Below are positions 27,213 through 40,259 of a stretch of DNA of 64,000 nucleotides, in pieces. Each line of letters opens with the position of its first letter. Position 1 is the stretch's first letter. A program made the position numbers and the translations under genes. The stretch covers positions 32,809,543-32,873,542 of the forward strand of contig NC_069003.1 of the NCBI RefSeq assembly GCF_001194135.2, written 5' to 3'. The DNA comes from Octopus bimaculoides. Lineage: Eukaryota. Below the pieces are notes generated by a model that worked only from the letters and a program-made list of their open reading frames with translations, was not told the origin of the DNA and ran no database searches.

Positions 27213-27326
27213 TAGCTCTTAACCACTACGCCCGTGGGCATATGGCATAGTGGTTAACAAGATGAGGACAAATATCTGTCAAATGTAAATAATGTACATA
27301 ATTCCTCATCTCTTAAATGTAGAACT
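27213..27326 (+). mobile_element. Internally deleted copy of the same Penelope-like terminal repeat, with an inverted head fragment
   Basis: gctcttaaccactacgcc (inverted head), then cgtgggcatatggcatagtggttaa joined directly to caagatgaggacaaatatc...agaact; the hammerhead segment is missing. Confidence 0.6.
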
Positions 27327-28719
27327 GCATCAGAGACTTTGTGTCATAGGACAAGGAGTGATCACAAACATGTTGGTAACGAAAGGCTTAACAAAACAAA
27401 TTAATTATACTGTTGTTCTAAGGCTCCCTAAAAAAAATTAATAAATCAGTGTGTTGATTTATATTATAGCATCAGTATTAGTAAGGTAGATCCAGTGAGG
27501 GCTGACTGTCTGACAAGTTTAGTCATTGGCTAAAATTTCCTTCCTAACTCAGCTCAAAGTTTGAAGTCTTGTACTGTCTCTGTATAAAGACTACTGCATG
27601 GACTTGAATGAAACTTGCTTAACACGATAGAATGATTGTTGGTGTTCATTGTGAGTGAATAGTTATTACCTATTGTAATGTCACTTCACTTGCACAAACT
27701 ATTGTATCTCCAGCTGCTTCAGATGCCAAGACATGAAAATTGCCAAAGTGTAGTACAACGGTTTTGCTATGGAATGGTGAAACTATTTTTTTTTTTTTTT
27801 CGTTTACTGAAAAAAAAGCAACGTTTTGGACTTACGACACTTTTGCATAATAACGATACATGTTATTGTACGTGTGTGTGTGTGTGTTCTCGCGCGCGCA
27901 TGTGTGTATTAGGTGACCAAAGAAAGTGTTATAATAATTATTGGTAATTAATTCTGAGTTGTGTCCCTTGACTCGTACGTCGTTTTTCCACTTTTTATGG
28001 AATCGATAAAATATATACCAAAGTATTTACTGATAGAAAAGGTTGAGTAATGTGTATTCAGTGATGTTCTTTGAGGGCAGAGCTCTTGCATGGCTGGAGG
28101 TAGTAAAAAAAAAAAAAGAATAACAGAATTTAAAATTCCTTAGTATATGTTTAAACCTCGAACGTCTTAATATTTACTACAGCTTTCGTATTCTTAATGT
28201 GCTGCAGCCCTTCTCAACAACAATTACTTAATAAAGGATTAGAGTAATTAAATTCGTATTGTCTGGCGTACAACGTCATGTAAGCATGTGGTGTAAACAT
28301 TCAAACGTTGTCACAATCTTTCCAATTCCTGCTGAATTTTACACAGAATATGTGGTCCTCCAAAGTCGTGTTGGTGTAGAAGTTAACCTACATTTTTGAA
28401 AGCAAATTTTTGTCTGAAAAATTCGACTTGTATATCAGAAAATACGGTAAACGAGTTGAACTATTCAGAGAATAAATAACGGATTTAAATAAATTCAGAC
28501 GTCGTCTGTACAATAAAAATTTTTGAAAAGGTAGTAAAGATTGTGTTGAAGGTAATCTTCAAGTTTAGGGGTAAAAAAAGTAAATAAAAATATTCAAGGG
28601 AAATAACTGAACGACTTACCATTATTATCCGTTTTCTTTTAGCTGTTTATAAAACAGCATGCGACGGAATTTTTTCTTATAAAAGTTTAAAATGTTTTTT
28701 TATTTTTCCAAAACGGAAA

Positions 28720-29292
28720 TGAAATGGTTTGTAGAAGTACCCGACGGAACGGAGTCAAAAACAACAGTCAGAAAAGAAACAATTGTGCATGGAGAGAACT
28801 TTGTCGATAGAAATGATAATGAAATTCAACAGATAAATTCCTAGGTCTGCATGCTGATCTCAATGAGATCGTGTTCATTAAAAATAGATATTTATTAATG
28901 AAATGTTCTACAGTTATGCTCCAGATGTTTGAATATATTACACTGTAGAAAATTTCATTAAAATATATCTATTTTCAATGAACACGACCTCGCCGAGTGA
29001 GGGTCAGCATGCAGTTCTAGAAATTCACCTCCTCAACATTATACACTTCAGAAATGGCAGCCAAAAAATAAACAAATGTTTTTTTCTTTTTGGGATTGAA
29101 TTCCGCCATTGAAATTCATATAGATAAGATGAGATTGAGAATTTCGTTTTCAGCAACAATAAGATGTTGTGCAGCCGGTCTTCCAAGATGCATTTTCGAT
29201 TTCTCATAAGAAACTGATATTCAATCACGTGTGTGATTTATATATAAACAGTTAACGTCAATCAAATCACGTGTGTGATTTATCTATAAACA
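28720..29292. pseudogene. Merlin/ISXO2-like transposase remnants on both strands
   Basis: Plus strand WFVEVPDG...VHGENFVD (28720-28840); minus strand SSYLYEFQWRNSIPK (about 29090-29130); 27-nt direct repeat at 29224 and 29266. Confidence 0.35.
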
Positions 29293-29549
29293 TAGTACGG
29301 AGAATACTGGTTACTTCCCTTGAATATTTTTATTTATTTGTTTTACCCCCTAAACTTGAAGATTACCATTGTTGAAATATTTAATGCAGGGTTAGTATGA
29401 AAAAAAAAAGTAGAAAAAATATACAATGAAGAAAACGATTTTGTTGGTTTTAAAATGCTTTTGTAATTTTTTCAGCAAGTATGGGAGAGAACTCGGGGTA
29501 TGGTTTAGCTAAGATTATAAATAAAAAATATATAAATGCACATTTTTAA

Positions 29550-29776
29550 AGCCTAGCCAGGCTCATGGGCCCGGTTTCAATGGCATATGCGTTCCCCAGC
29601 TGGACGGGATGCCAGTCCATCGCAGCGTTACTGATTTTTGCCAGCTTAGTTAATTGGAGAAACGTGAAATGAACTGTTTTGCTCAAGAACACAACACGTC
29701 GCCCGATCCAGGAATCGAAACCACAATCTTACGATCGTGATGCTGACACCCTAACCACTGAGCCACGCGCCTCCAC
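29550..29776 (-). mobile_element. tRNA-headed SINE, family C (others near 9250-9500 and 52285-52380)
   Basis: Minus strand gtggaggcgcgtggctcagtggttaggg...gtttcgattcctgg carries A/B boxes. Confidence 0.7.
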
Positions 29777-30028
29777 TTAACCAAGATTACAACTCAGAAA
29801 ATACGTTTTGCTGTAGTTGAAGTAACGAGGAGACACTACGTATAAACTAATGTACACTTTAAGGTATCATTTTATACTTAGTGATTCGTAGACTACTATT
29901 ATGCTCTGCTGAGGAAGTCTAATAAGACCAAAACCTGTCTGTTGTTATCTTCCATTCTTGCTGACCCCCCCCCCCTCTATTACTAATTAAATTGATATTC
30001 TAAATTTCATTTATTTTTTTCTTTCCAG

Positions 30029-30277
30029 ATCCAGTTCTGTATAACATTTGTTCACTCGGCAAATTCTATACGAGTGAATTGTGAATTCCCAAGCTGGGGA
30101 AAGTATCTACTCACATGTTACATGATTCTCATGATAATATTGTTCAGTAACTTCTACATCCAGGCTTACATCAAAGGCAGACGAAATCCTAATGTAGACA
30201 CAGCAAATAACTATGCGAAAAAGAAAAGCTCCCAAAATGGAAGCACCATTAATGGAACGGTGAAGAAAGCTCAATAG
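30029..30277 (+). CDS. elovl2/5: Elongase terminal exon (IQFCITF...LFSNFYIQAY...VKKAQ*)
   Basis: ctttccag| acceptor; LF.NFY motif; C-terminal KKxx ER-retrieval signal and TAG. Exon sum 885 nt = 294 aa plus stop. Confidence 0.96.
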   Translation: MQFCITFVHSANSIRVNCEFPSWGKYLLTCYMILMIILFSNFYIQAYIKGRRNPNVDTANNYAKKKSSQNGSTINGTVKKAQ

Positions 30278-30727
30278 CCAAATTCATAATATATTTGCTT
30301 TTTAATTAATTTTTAAAAATTCTTTTCTTGTTTCCAATTTATATTTATTTTTCTCTTGTTTTTTTTTTAATGTTTTTTGTTAACTTTATTCTTCAGGGTA
30401 TGAATCATTAAAAAAACAGTTAAACCAGCATGGCTTCAATTTTGAAAATATGATGATGATGATAATAATAATAATAATATAATAATAATAAGTATGTTCA
30501 CTGTTTTACTTAACTATACAAGAACCATTGGCTAATGAAACTCCCCACTTCCCTCTCAACTAATCTTCACCATTTGTTGGAATTGCCAATTAGAAACAGC
30601 TGTCATTTTTATAGAACTGGATGATATCTGAAAAAAAAAAAACAAGCAACAAAGAAATTTATCATTTTCATTTCAGGTTTTATAAAAAAGTATTATATAT
30701 CCTATAGAATTAAAATTTAGATCGTTG

Positions 30728-30733
30728 AATAAA
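30728..30733 (+). promoter_or_regulatory. Candidate polyadenylation signal for the elongase
   Basis: AATAAA about 450 nt after the stop in an AU-rich 3' region; another AATAAA at 31555-31560. Usage unverified. Confidence 0.3.
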
Positions 30734-31197
30734 TATATTTTATTGTATTTTCCTGTGTGCATATTTCATATTATATACATTTATATATATATAAGACCTG
30801 CTAGTTTGCTATTTCAATGCAACTGTCTGTTTCTGACACTAAAATTATGGAGAAAAACACTTAAAAAAATTAAAAAAACAAAACCCTCAAAAAAACTTGA
30901 AGTATGATTGAAACATCAAATTAAAATGTTTAACTGTTTCATATATTAAATGACATTTATATCTACACAATTTCCATTATGGCCTTACTTCACTTCCCCT
31001 ACCTCCCTCAAAACTCAGTCATACTCACACTCACACTCATGCTCAGCTATGTATGTATTATATCTATCTATGTGCAATTTATCTAATAAGTAACTCTTAC
31101 TCGGCTTGTACTGTTGAACTCTTGAGGAAGTCATCAGAGAGACTCTCTGTAGACTTCTTCCACAGCAATACAACAGCACTGGTCTTGCAAGGGTCAC

Positions 31198-31232
<35 letters not shown>

Positions 31233-31316
31233 GTGATGTATTGAGTAGCTTACTCTAATCATGCTTCTCTTCATTTCCAACAGAATCTAATTACAGCTAT
31301 CAATTATGTGTGTGCA

Positions 31317-31317
<1 letters not shown>

Positions 31318-31379
<62 letters not shown>
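31318..31379. repeat. (CA)n microsatellite; many other (CA/TG)n, (TA)n and (GA)n tracts, e.g. 2275-2345, 44339-44365, 56828-56859, 61527-61580
   Basis: Direct reading. Confidence 0.95.
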
Positions 31380-31382
<3 letters not shown>

Positions 31383-31871
31383 TATCGAACAGTGACAATG
31401 AGTGTTCAACACCACAGTGGTGGATAAACATTCTTTATTTTTTGGGATATCAAGGCTACCAATTGTTTCATGTAACAACGTTCCCATGTGGCAGGCTTGA
31501 TAATTGTTGAGATTTCACTCTACATGAAACCATTGGTAGCCTTGTTAACCCACAAATAAAGCGTGTGTGTTTTGGAACAAAAATGAAACAAGCAGATATT
31601 TCTATACGTGTCTCTATAGCATGTTTATTTAAAATATGAGTACAGTTGTATGTATAACTTAAAAGGTATCCTTATGTACAATTGTATTTTCACAAGATTC
31701 CATTTTTTCAGGTTATACTCTGCTGAATATTTCCTAAGTAAAACACTGGCAAATATTTCAGCGACTTATAAATAATTTCATGAGGGAAGCAAAGTTTTAT
31801 CGTAAAACTTAGCAAACAAAAGGAATTCAGTGTATTCTACATGGGCTGGAGATATTTAAGTGACCTGTATG

Positions 31872-31917
<46 letters not shown>

Positions 31918-32795
31918 NNNNNNNNNNNNNNNNNNNNNNNNNNNNNNNNNNNNNNNNNNNNNNNNNNNNNNNNNNNNNNNNNNNNNNNNNNNNNNNNNNN
32001 NNNNNNNNNNNNNNNNNNNNNNNNNNNNNNNNNNNNNNNNNNNNNNNNNNNNNNNNNNNNNNNNNNNNNNNNNNNNNNNNNNNNNNNNNNNNNNNNNNNN
32101 NNNNNNNNNNNNNNNNNNNNNNNNNNNNNNNNNNNNNNNNNNNNNNNNNNNNNNNNNNNNNNNNNNNNNNNNNNNNNNNNNNNNNNNNNNNNNNNNNNNN
32201 NNNNNNNNNNNNNNNNNNNNNNNNNNNNNNNNNNNNNNNNNNNNNNNNNNNATATATAAATATATATATATATATATGAAATAGTTCAACTAGTATTACA
32301 AAGAATGGAATATTATAAGCAAAGAGTACTCAATATGTAACTAACAATCCTTATATTATTGCTAAAATTGACTATTTTTCTATTACTTCAAGTTGCATCA
32401 ATGGTGTATCACTTAGCTAATATATCTAATGCACACACACACACTCACAGACCACGTTATGTTTATAGATGTACAAAATCAGTTTTTTCAGAATCAATGG
32501 CTCCAAGCCTTTTCAGATTCCTAATTTTTTTTTTCCAAATCAGGGGTGGTCACCTTGGACAGCACACTCTGGATTAAACAAATATTAGTTAAACGATTAA
32601 ATGAAAATACAGGCACCTATACATTAGTATAAATGATACAAGTTTATTAATATTGCACTGTGCAAGACACTGTGAAACAAGTCTGGTGGCTGCAGGAATT
32701 TAGGATTCCTGATTGTAAATTAGTACAAATTATAAGAGGTTCTGGATCAACAGTGTCTGAAAAGTTGCTATTGTACCTGTATACACATATGTACG

Positions 32796-33374
32796 CACAC
32801 AGACATGCAGGAAGTAAATAGACACCTATAATTTTCAAAATCTTTTATTTGATATTAATTGGTTGAAGGAGAGGTTTTCTTCTAGCTGCTCGGCCATAAT
32901 ACCTGAGCTCATGCAGATATGTAACACGCGTCCTTGGACTAACTTCTAGCTGTTTTGCAATGTCAGAAGTCTTTGAATGGGGTTCGTTTTCCACAATTCT
33001 ATTCAAACAACGAAGCTTCCTTTCCGAGGGCCCAGATCGGCTTGGACAAGAATCTGTTGATTCTTTTCCTTGGCTTTTGAATTGCACTATAATTCTATTA
33101 ACAGTAGCAACAGGAATTTGAAGATTTTCGGCAATTTTTCACTGGCTAAGACCATCCTCAGATTGCCCAACAATACGACCTCCTTGAAAATTTGACAGTT
33201 CTGAATTTTTTGTGCGTGGCATGGTTACTCTGCGCAAATATTTAATATAATGGCACCTGGAATGAAAAAGAACAATTACATTGTAAATTCTACACTGCTG
33301 AAAACATATTAAGACGCTTAGATTAAAAATTTTGAAAATTAAAGGTGTCTATTTACTTCCTGCATGTCTGTGTG
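32796..33374 (-). mobile_element. Tc1-like deletion derivative with 45-bp TIRs and an N-terminal transposase remnant
   Basis: TIRs at 32796-32840 and 33330-33374 (one mismatch); ATG at 33222 reads MPRTKNSELS...SQ*KIAENL...[10 protein letters not shown] then runs into the TIR. Confidence 0.85.
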
Positions 33375-33533
33375 TGTGTGTGTGTGTATATNNNNNNNNN
33401 NNNNNNNNNNNNNNNNNNNNNNNNNNNNNNNNNNNNNNNNNNNNNNNNNNNNNNNNNNNNNNNNNNNNNNNNNNNNNNNNNNNNNNNNNNNNNNNNNNTA
33501 TACATACACGTGTATGTGTATATTATACACGTA

Positions 33534-33755
33534 TACGATGGGGTGCTGAAGAGCTCCTGGCTTTGGGTAGAAGAAAATACAGGAGGATCAGTTAATTATG
33601 ATTTTATTCAACATATTCCCCTCTCAGATTCATGCACTTATTGCAGCGGTTTTTCAGTTTTTCTAAGCCCTGTAAAAGATCTCGGATGGTTAGGCCTCCA
33701 ACCAGGCCATTCGTGATACCCTTAAGACCAGGAACTTTTCAGCACCCCCCTCGTG
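33534..33755. mobile_element. Mariner-type MITE, about 220 bp
   Basis: Termini tacgatggggtgctgaagagctcctggc and gaccaggaacttttcagcacccccctcgtg are imperfect inverted repeats. Confidence 0.7.
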
Positions 33756-34178
33756 TGTGCAGTGGAGTATGTGAGTGAAATGTTTGTTCAACAGAAGTTT
33801 GTATTCCAGTGTTGTCTTTTATAATTAATCCATGATTGTCTTCAAACAAAGTCACGTCCTGCAAAGCAGAGAGCATCTTTAGGTCAGCTGACTTGCTGAA
33901 AATAGCAGTCAATCCTCTCTCGAATCAAAGTCTACCAAGATGGACATAATTTAGTCCTTGGTGTACAGAATGTTTGGGATGGTCATAGCTAAAATGGCTT
34001 TGGTCATATGTGTGTGTGCCTGTGTCTTGTTGAGAGTGACCTGGAGCTAAACAACTTCATCATCATCATCAATAACAAAGTCATAATTGTCACAATGTCT
34101 CCTGATATTAGTCGGGCTGATCTTGCAATCTTTCATTGGTACACAGCGTCAGCTTACAACAAAGTTTCAAGTAACTGA

Positions 34179-34210
<32 letters not shown>

Positions 34211-37200
34211 ATATATAATAATTATACACACATACCTATACTACATAAATATACTCTCACACACACACAGACATATATATATATCATCATCATCATCATC
34301 GTTTAACGTTCGCTTTCCATGCTAGCATGGGTTGGACGATTTGACTGAGGACTGGTGCAACCAGATGGCTACACCAGGCTCCAATCTAATTTGGCAGAGT
34401 TTCTACAGCTGGATGCCCTTCCTAACGCCATATGTATACACACATATACATATGTATTTATATATGTAATATACATGTATGTATACAGTTATACATATGC
34501 ACATATATTCATATGTATTTATATATATATATATGTATATACATACATATACATAACAGAAATCAGGTTTCTGTGAAAAGCTTTGCCATCTGTATTATGT
34601 TGTGAGGAAATATTCTGGTAAGTCTGGGCAGCAAGATGGCAGAATTGTTAGCATGCCTGACAAAATGCATCATGTTGTTTCTTCTGGCTTTAGATTCTGA
34701 GTTCAAATTCCACCAAGGTCAACTTTGCCTTTCTTCTTTCCAAGGTCAATGAAATAAGTACCAATTGTGCACTGGGGGCTAATGTTATTGACTGGCTCCC
34801 TTCCACAAAATTTCAGACCTTGTTCCTAGAGTAGAAAAAAGGATTATTCTAGTAAGCTAACTTTTCCTTCCAGTTGTTTTATCTGCAAACTTGATTCATT
34901 CATCATTCTGATTTTTTAAAGAAAAAAAATCTTTCAGTTCCCTTTTTCATCCCTCCAACAATCCAGGCTACCACATTATGTCTTGAAATCCATTCCATTT
35001 TCCCATGAAACAAAAGCACCTCTTTTTCAGCATTTAATTGGCTTTAACACTTGCAGTATCCTCATATTTAGACGATTGTATTTGACAAAATCCACAATGT
35101 CTACATCATTATCAAGAACAGATTCAAGCACTGGAAGTAGTGTTTACATACAAAATGCATCCTTCATCTTTCAATTGTTTTCAGTCATTGAACTGTGGCC
35201 AAGCTGGGGCACGGTCTTGAAGGGTTTTTACTCAAACAAATTAACCCCAAGCACTTTATTTAGGGCTGGTGCTTATTCTATTGTTCTCTTTCACCTAATC
35301 AACCAAGTTACAGGGATGTAAACAAACCAACACTGGTTGTTAAGTGGTAGGACAAACACAAACACGACAGCCCTCTTTCAGTTTCCGCCCATCAAATTCA
35401 TTCACAAGGCTTTGGTTAGCCCAAAGCTATAGTAGAAGACATTTATCTGAGGAACCATGCAGTGGAACTGAACCCAAAACCATGTGGTTGGGAAGCAAAC
35501 TTGTTACCAACAGCCACTCCTATGAACCATAATACAATACGTGTCTGCACATCAGAGATGACATTCAACACTCTGCAATCAGATCCACAACTCAGCATCA
35601 CAAAGGTTCCCTCGGTATTGTAGGTTTCAAGGAAGACCTTTTATGAATAAAACAAAAACTAGACATAACTTCATAGGCATGGGTGGTAAGAAGTTTGGTT
35701 GCTAACCACGTGATCCCAGGTTCAGTTCCACTGTGTGACACTTTGGACAAGTATCTTCTACTATACCCTAGGCCAGAAACTGAAAGAAGCCCAATGTGTT
35801 TGTTCCCTCGCCTATCTTTTTTTTTTTCTGTAAATTTGAACTATGTGTGTGAGTCAAAAAGTAATGCATTCCAATTGCTGGTGAGGGTTTTACATGGTTG
35901 AAGTGCAAATCCTACCTCAACCCCTTTTAGTCACTTTTAATGACATGCAGAGAAAATGTTGGGTCTATTATTTGGTATGGCAGTCCCCTGACAACATATA
36001 TAGCTGGGAAAGTTGGGGGATGAAAAAAGGTAAAGACCAAGGGTATATCGGAAAATATGCCCCTTAAGATAAAAAAAGATTGCTTTTTGACTCACCCTCG
36101 CATGTGTTTGCATCTGTGATTGTATTTGCTTGACAGCTGGTGTTGGTTTGTTTACGTCCCCATAAATTTCACAGTTCCACAAAAGAGAGATCAATAGAAT
36201 TAGTACCAAACTTAGAAAATATATATATATATATATATATATAGCACTAAGGCTGGTTTGTTTAAACCATTCAAGGTGGTGCCCCAGCATGGCCTCAGTC
36301 TAAATACTGAAACAACTAACAGAATCTTTTATGTACCTTCAGCCTTTTTGCCAGATATGTTTGGGAACAACAAAAGATATAAGAAAAAATGTTTCGAAGA
36401 CGCTAAGTTTGACCGTCTCAGGGCAGACGTAGTAGACAACTAGGGAAACAACTGAGTGAAATAGTACGATGTTCAGTGATTTTAAAGCTGACATCCAGCT
36501 AGCTTATTGTGTGTCAGGTGAACAAGATAAGTAAATTGCATTTAGTTGGTTATGATTACATCAGAGATCCAGTGATTTTACAAATCTTGCATACTCCTAG
36601 ACGTACCTGTACCCTGGTTTGAGAACCCCGTCACTTAAATAGATCTATGCATATTGGAGCATGTTTTTTCTGCAAGTGTGTGTGTATTAATGTTTGTACA
36701 CCCAACACACACACATATATGTATAGATATACACTCATATATATGCATACATATATATATGTGTGTGTTATTCATTTATATATATATATATACATACACA
36801 CATACATGTGTGTGTGTATATATATATAATTTTCAGTTATCTAAGATTGAAGTTTTACTCAGTAGATATTCTGAGTGTCTTGTTCCTATCCTTCACAGTG
36901 AATAATGGGAAATGTTTCAGTTTATATAATTTATGCATTGGTATTGCTATATGTATGTGTTTATGAGCATTACAGGTGTTATATTTATGCTTGAATGTAC
37001 AAATGGAAGAAAAAAAAAATGTGCTCAATACATTTGGTAGAGTATATTCATTCAAAGCTGTCAATTCACTGTGCTGCTACTCAGATTTTTTCTGTCAATG
37101 TGTAACTCTTCACACAACAAAAGAATTGTACACACAGACATATGTATTCATACATACATACATATATATATATATGTATACATACACACACATACACAAA

Positions 37201-38603
37201 CGTGCGTGTATGTATAAAAAAAATATACATGTACACATATATATACACGTGTATTTTATGTATATATATATATATGTGTATGTGTATGTATATATATATA
37301 TGTATATATATTGTAAAGAGCTTTTAATTAGTTCAGACTAAAAAAAATTATAATTAAATACAAAATATAGATATATTTTTCAACATAACTTCTATGATAT
37401 TAACAGACTCTGACTACCATTTTCTAACTGTTATACAGGTTCACAGCAAATAATAAAATACAATAAGTCTTATGTATGGAAAAGAACTCTTTTTTTTTTT
37501 TTCTTTTTTTTTTTTTTGGTTTTACTTACCATCAACACTGTTTCATTGATGCTTCTTCTCAAGTTTGTCTCTTTCCAACCAAACAAGGTTTTTTTTTTTC
37601 TTGCTTGTAAAAGAAGCTAAATAGTTTATTTGTTTAATTATCTAGGATGGAAAGAGAAATAGAAATCCTTGCTGTCAACACTATCTTTTGTCCATATTTC
37701 AAATTCAACTCTGATAACCAAACAGGTTTTCCGCTTGCAAAAGTGCTAATTTGTTCAGTTATCTCAGATGGGAAGGAAATAAAAGATTACACAATTCTAT
37801 TGTTAAAACAATCCATTTTTTCTNNNNNNNNNNNNNNNNNNNNNNNNNNNNNNNNNNNNNNNNNNNNNNNNNNNNNNNNNNNNNNNNNNNNNNNNNNNNN
37901 NNNNNNNNNNNNNNNNNNNNNNNNNNNNNNNNNNNNNNNNNNNNNNNNNNNNNNNNNNNNNNNNNNNNNNNNNNNNNNNNNNNNNNNNNNNNNNNNNNNN
38001 NNNNNNNNNNNNNNNNNNNNNNNNNNNNNNNNNNNNNNNNNNNNNNNNNNNNNNNNNNNNNNNNNNNNNNNNNNNNNNNNNNNNNNNNNNNNNNNNNNNN
38101 NNNNNNNNNNNNNNNNNNNNNNNNNNNNNNNNNNNNNNNNNNNNNNNNNNNNNNNNNNNNNNNNNNNNNNNNNNNNNNNNNNNNNNNNNNNNNNNNNNNN
38201 NNNNNNNNNNNNNNNNNNNNNNNNNNNNNNNNNNNNNNNNNNNNNNNNNNNNNNNNNNNNNNNNNNNNNNNNNNNNNNNNNNNNNNNNNNNNNNNNNNNN
38301 NNNNNNNNNNNNNNNNNNNNNNNNNNNNNNNNNNNNNNNGGTGCTAGTGCTTAAGGGGGCGGGCATAAGGAAAAAGGAGGCGTTGGGAGGAAGGCAGTGA
38401 ATTGGGGGGGATGCTGTGAATTTATTATAATATTGTATACAAATTATATAATATATTAAATATCAAATGATTCATAGTATATATAAATTAGTAAAATATA
38501 AAATATTTATTTATACATAAAAATAGGGGTGGGGGCGCTGAGGGTATTATGTAGCCATGGTGGGTGGTGCCCAAGAAGTTTGAAAACCTCTGGTCTATAT
38601 AAA

Positions 38604-38710
38604 CAATGTGATTGAAGATAGAGGGAATGGGTGAGTATATGCATATTTCAGGAGTTCTTATTCCTTCTTCAGAACCACATCCAATCCAATGGCCATCCAC
38701 AATCACATTG
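38604..38710 (-). ncRNA. Minimal type I hammerhead-like motif, weak proximal stem I
   Basis: Minus strand reads CTGAAGA AGGA ataagaac TCCT GAAA TATGCATA TA, with the palindrome ATATGCATAT as stem III; enclosed by an 11-bp inverted repeat (38604-14 / 38700-10). Confidence 0.5.
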
Positions 38711-39194
38711 CTTAAATAGCCACCAAATTTAGTGGTGTAACACAATTGAATAGACTAAATTTACACATGAAACACATTCCTGGCAACTGGTATGTACATA
38801 TTGATTGCTAGTAGGGACCTGTGTATATGTATACTTTGTGTATGCATGTGTATATTTGTGTGTGTGTATATATATGGGAAAATGTACGAAAAACAACAAC
38901 AACAGACGAGGACAGGTGGTGTAAACAACAAAAGGATGTATTAGGCATGCGGTCCATGGAAGCAAGGGCAGACATGCTTCCCTTATAAATTATAGCAATG
39001 AAATCAAAACTATATTACTTCATAAGATTGTTCTTCTAATGTTCCGTAAAATAAATATAAACCACATGACATCATAAGCTTAAGACTTTTATTGTCAGAA
39101 TTAGCATGAGATGACAAGCAGTGGCAGACAGCATCCTTTCTGGTGTAATATTTTAACATTTTTTCCAAGTGGTCCAGAATCACTCCAAGCTACA

Positions 39195-39646
39195 CTACAA
39201 GATGGGGTACCCCCATACTATCATAGCAATGTAAGAGACTACCTTGATAAGATTTTGCTAAACAAGTAGATTGGACAAAAGAGGTTCAGTGGAATGCCTT
39301 TTGCATTCAATGAATCTCACACCACTAGACTTTTTTTATGGGGATAGTTAAAAGATAAAGTTTATCATACAAAACCAGCAACAGTCGATAAATTGCAGTC
39401 AGCCATTGAATGGGAATGTGCACAGATACTGAATGAAATTTTTCTTGATGTTTGTAATTCTGCTATCTTGCATTATCAGCAATGCCGAGATCAGAATGGT
39501 CATCAGTTTGAAAAGAGGCATTCATGAGAAAATCAAATTCTGTCTAGAGAGTCTATTAAATTTTTAAAAATGAAATATATATTAATAAACACTTGATTTT
39601 ATAATCATTCAGTATGTGTGTAGATTTTTTTTGGGGACACCCTGTA
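39195..39646 (+). mobile_element. Tc3/DD37D-41D-like transposase C-terminal remnant with terminal repeat
   Basis: QDGVPPYY...NLTPLDFF..KDKVYHTKPATVDKLQSAIE...QNGHQFE with frameshifts; ends in gacaccctgta (reverse complement of TACAGGGTGTC). Confidence 0.75.
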
Positions 39647-40259
39647 CATGCATGCACACATAAATACATACATATGTTAGAAAGAAAAAATGAACAGGCA
39701 AAACATGTGGTATTACTTGAGAGCATGGAATCTAACATAATTTGTGGAGTTGTTAGAATAAATACAGGATTAAGAAGGTAGGCATAAAATCTCTTGCAGA
39801 TGTTTCACTGAGCAAAAATCTCCATATAAAAGCCAAGTATTCTATCTTCAGAGAGGAAGAATTAAGAAATATCCTTAATAAAGCATATTAGTAATTACCA
39901 GAAATATATCTATTAAATTACATCATTAGTTACAATTATATCTGTACTATACATATATATATGGGAGAATAGGGAATTCTGTCTGTCTGGGATCCCTGTA
40001 TCCCAGTCGATATTTGCTCTACATAGACATATTATACCTTTCGATACACAATGTATCAGTTTCAAGCTCTACCTGCTGCAAAATTGGGATTCTAAGCTGA
40101 TTAAGCTTGTAAGAGTCTTTTACAATCCATTATAGCTGATCTAGGGGAGATAACCCACCTTCACCAATGCCAGACCTTTTATTCTCTAGTGACCTTTTGA
40201 CCAATTGACCATATAACAACTTTCCCTGTCTGAGAGATGAAGAGTTGAATTTGTCTTTG

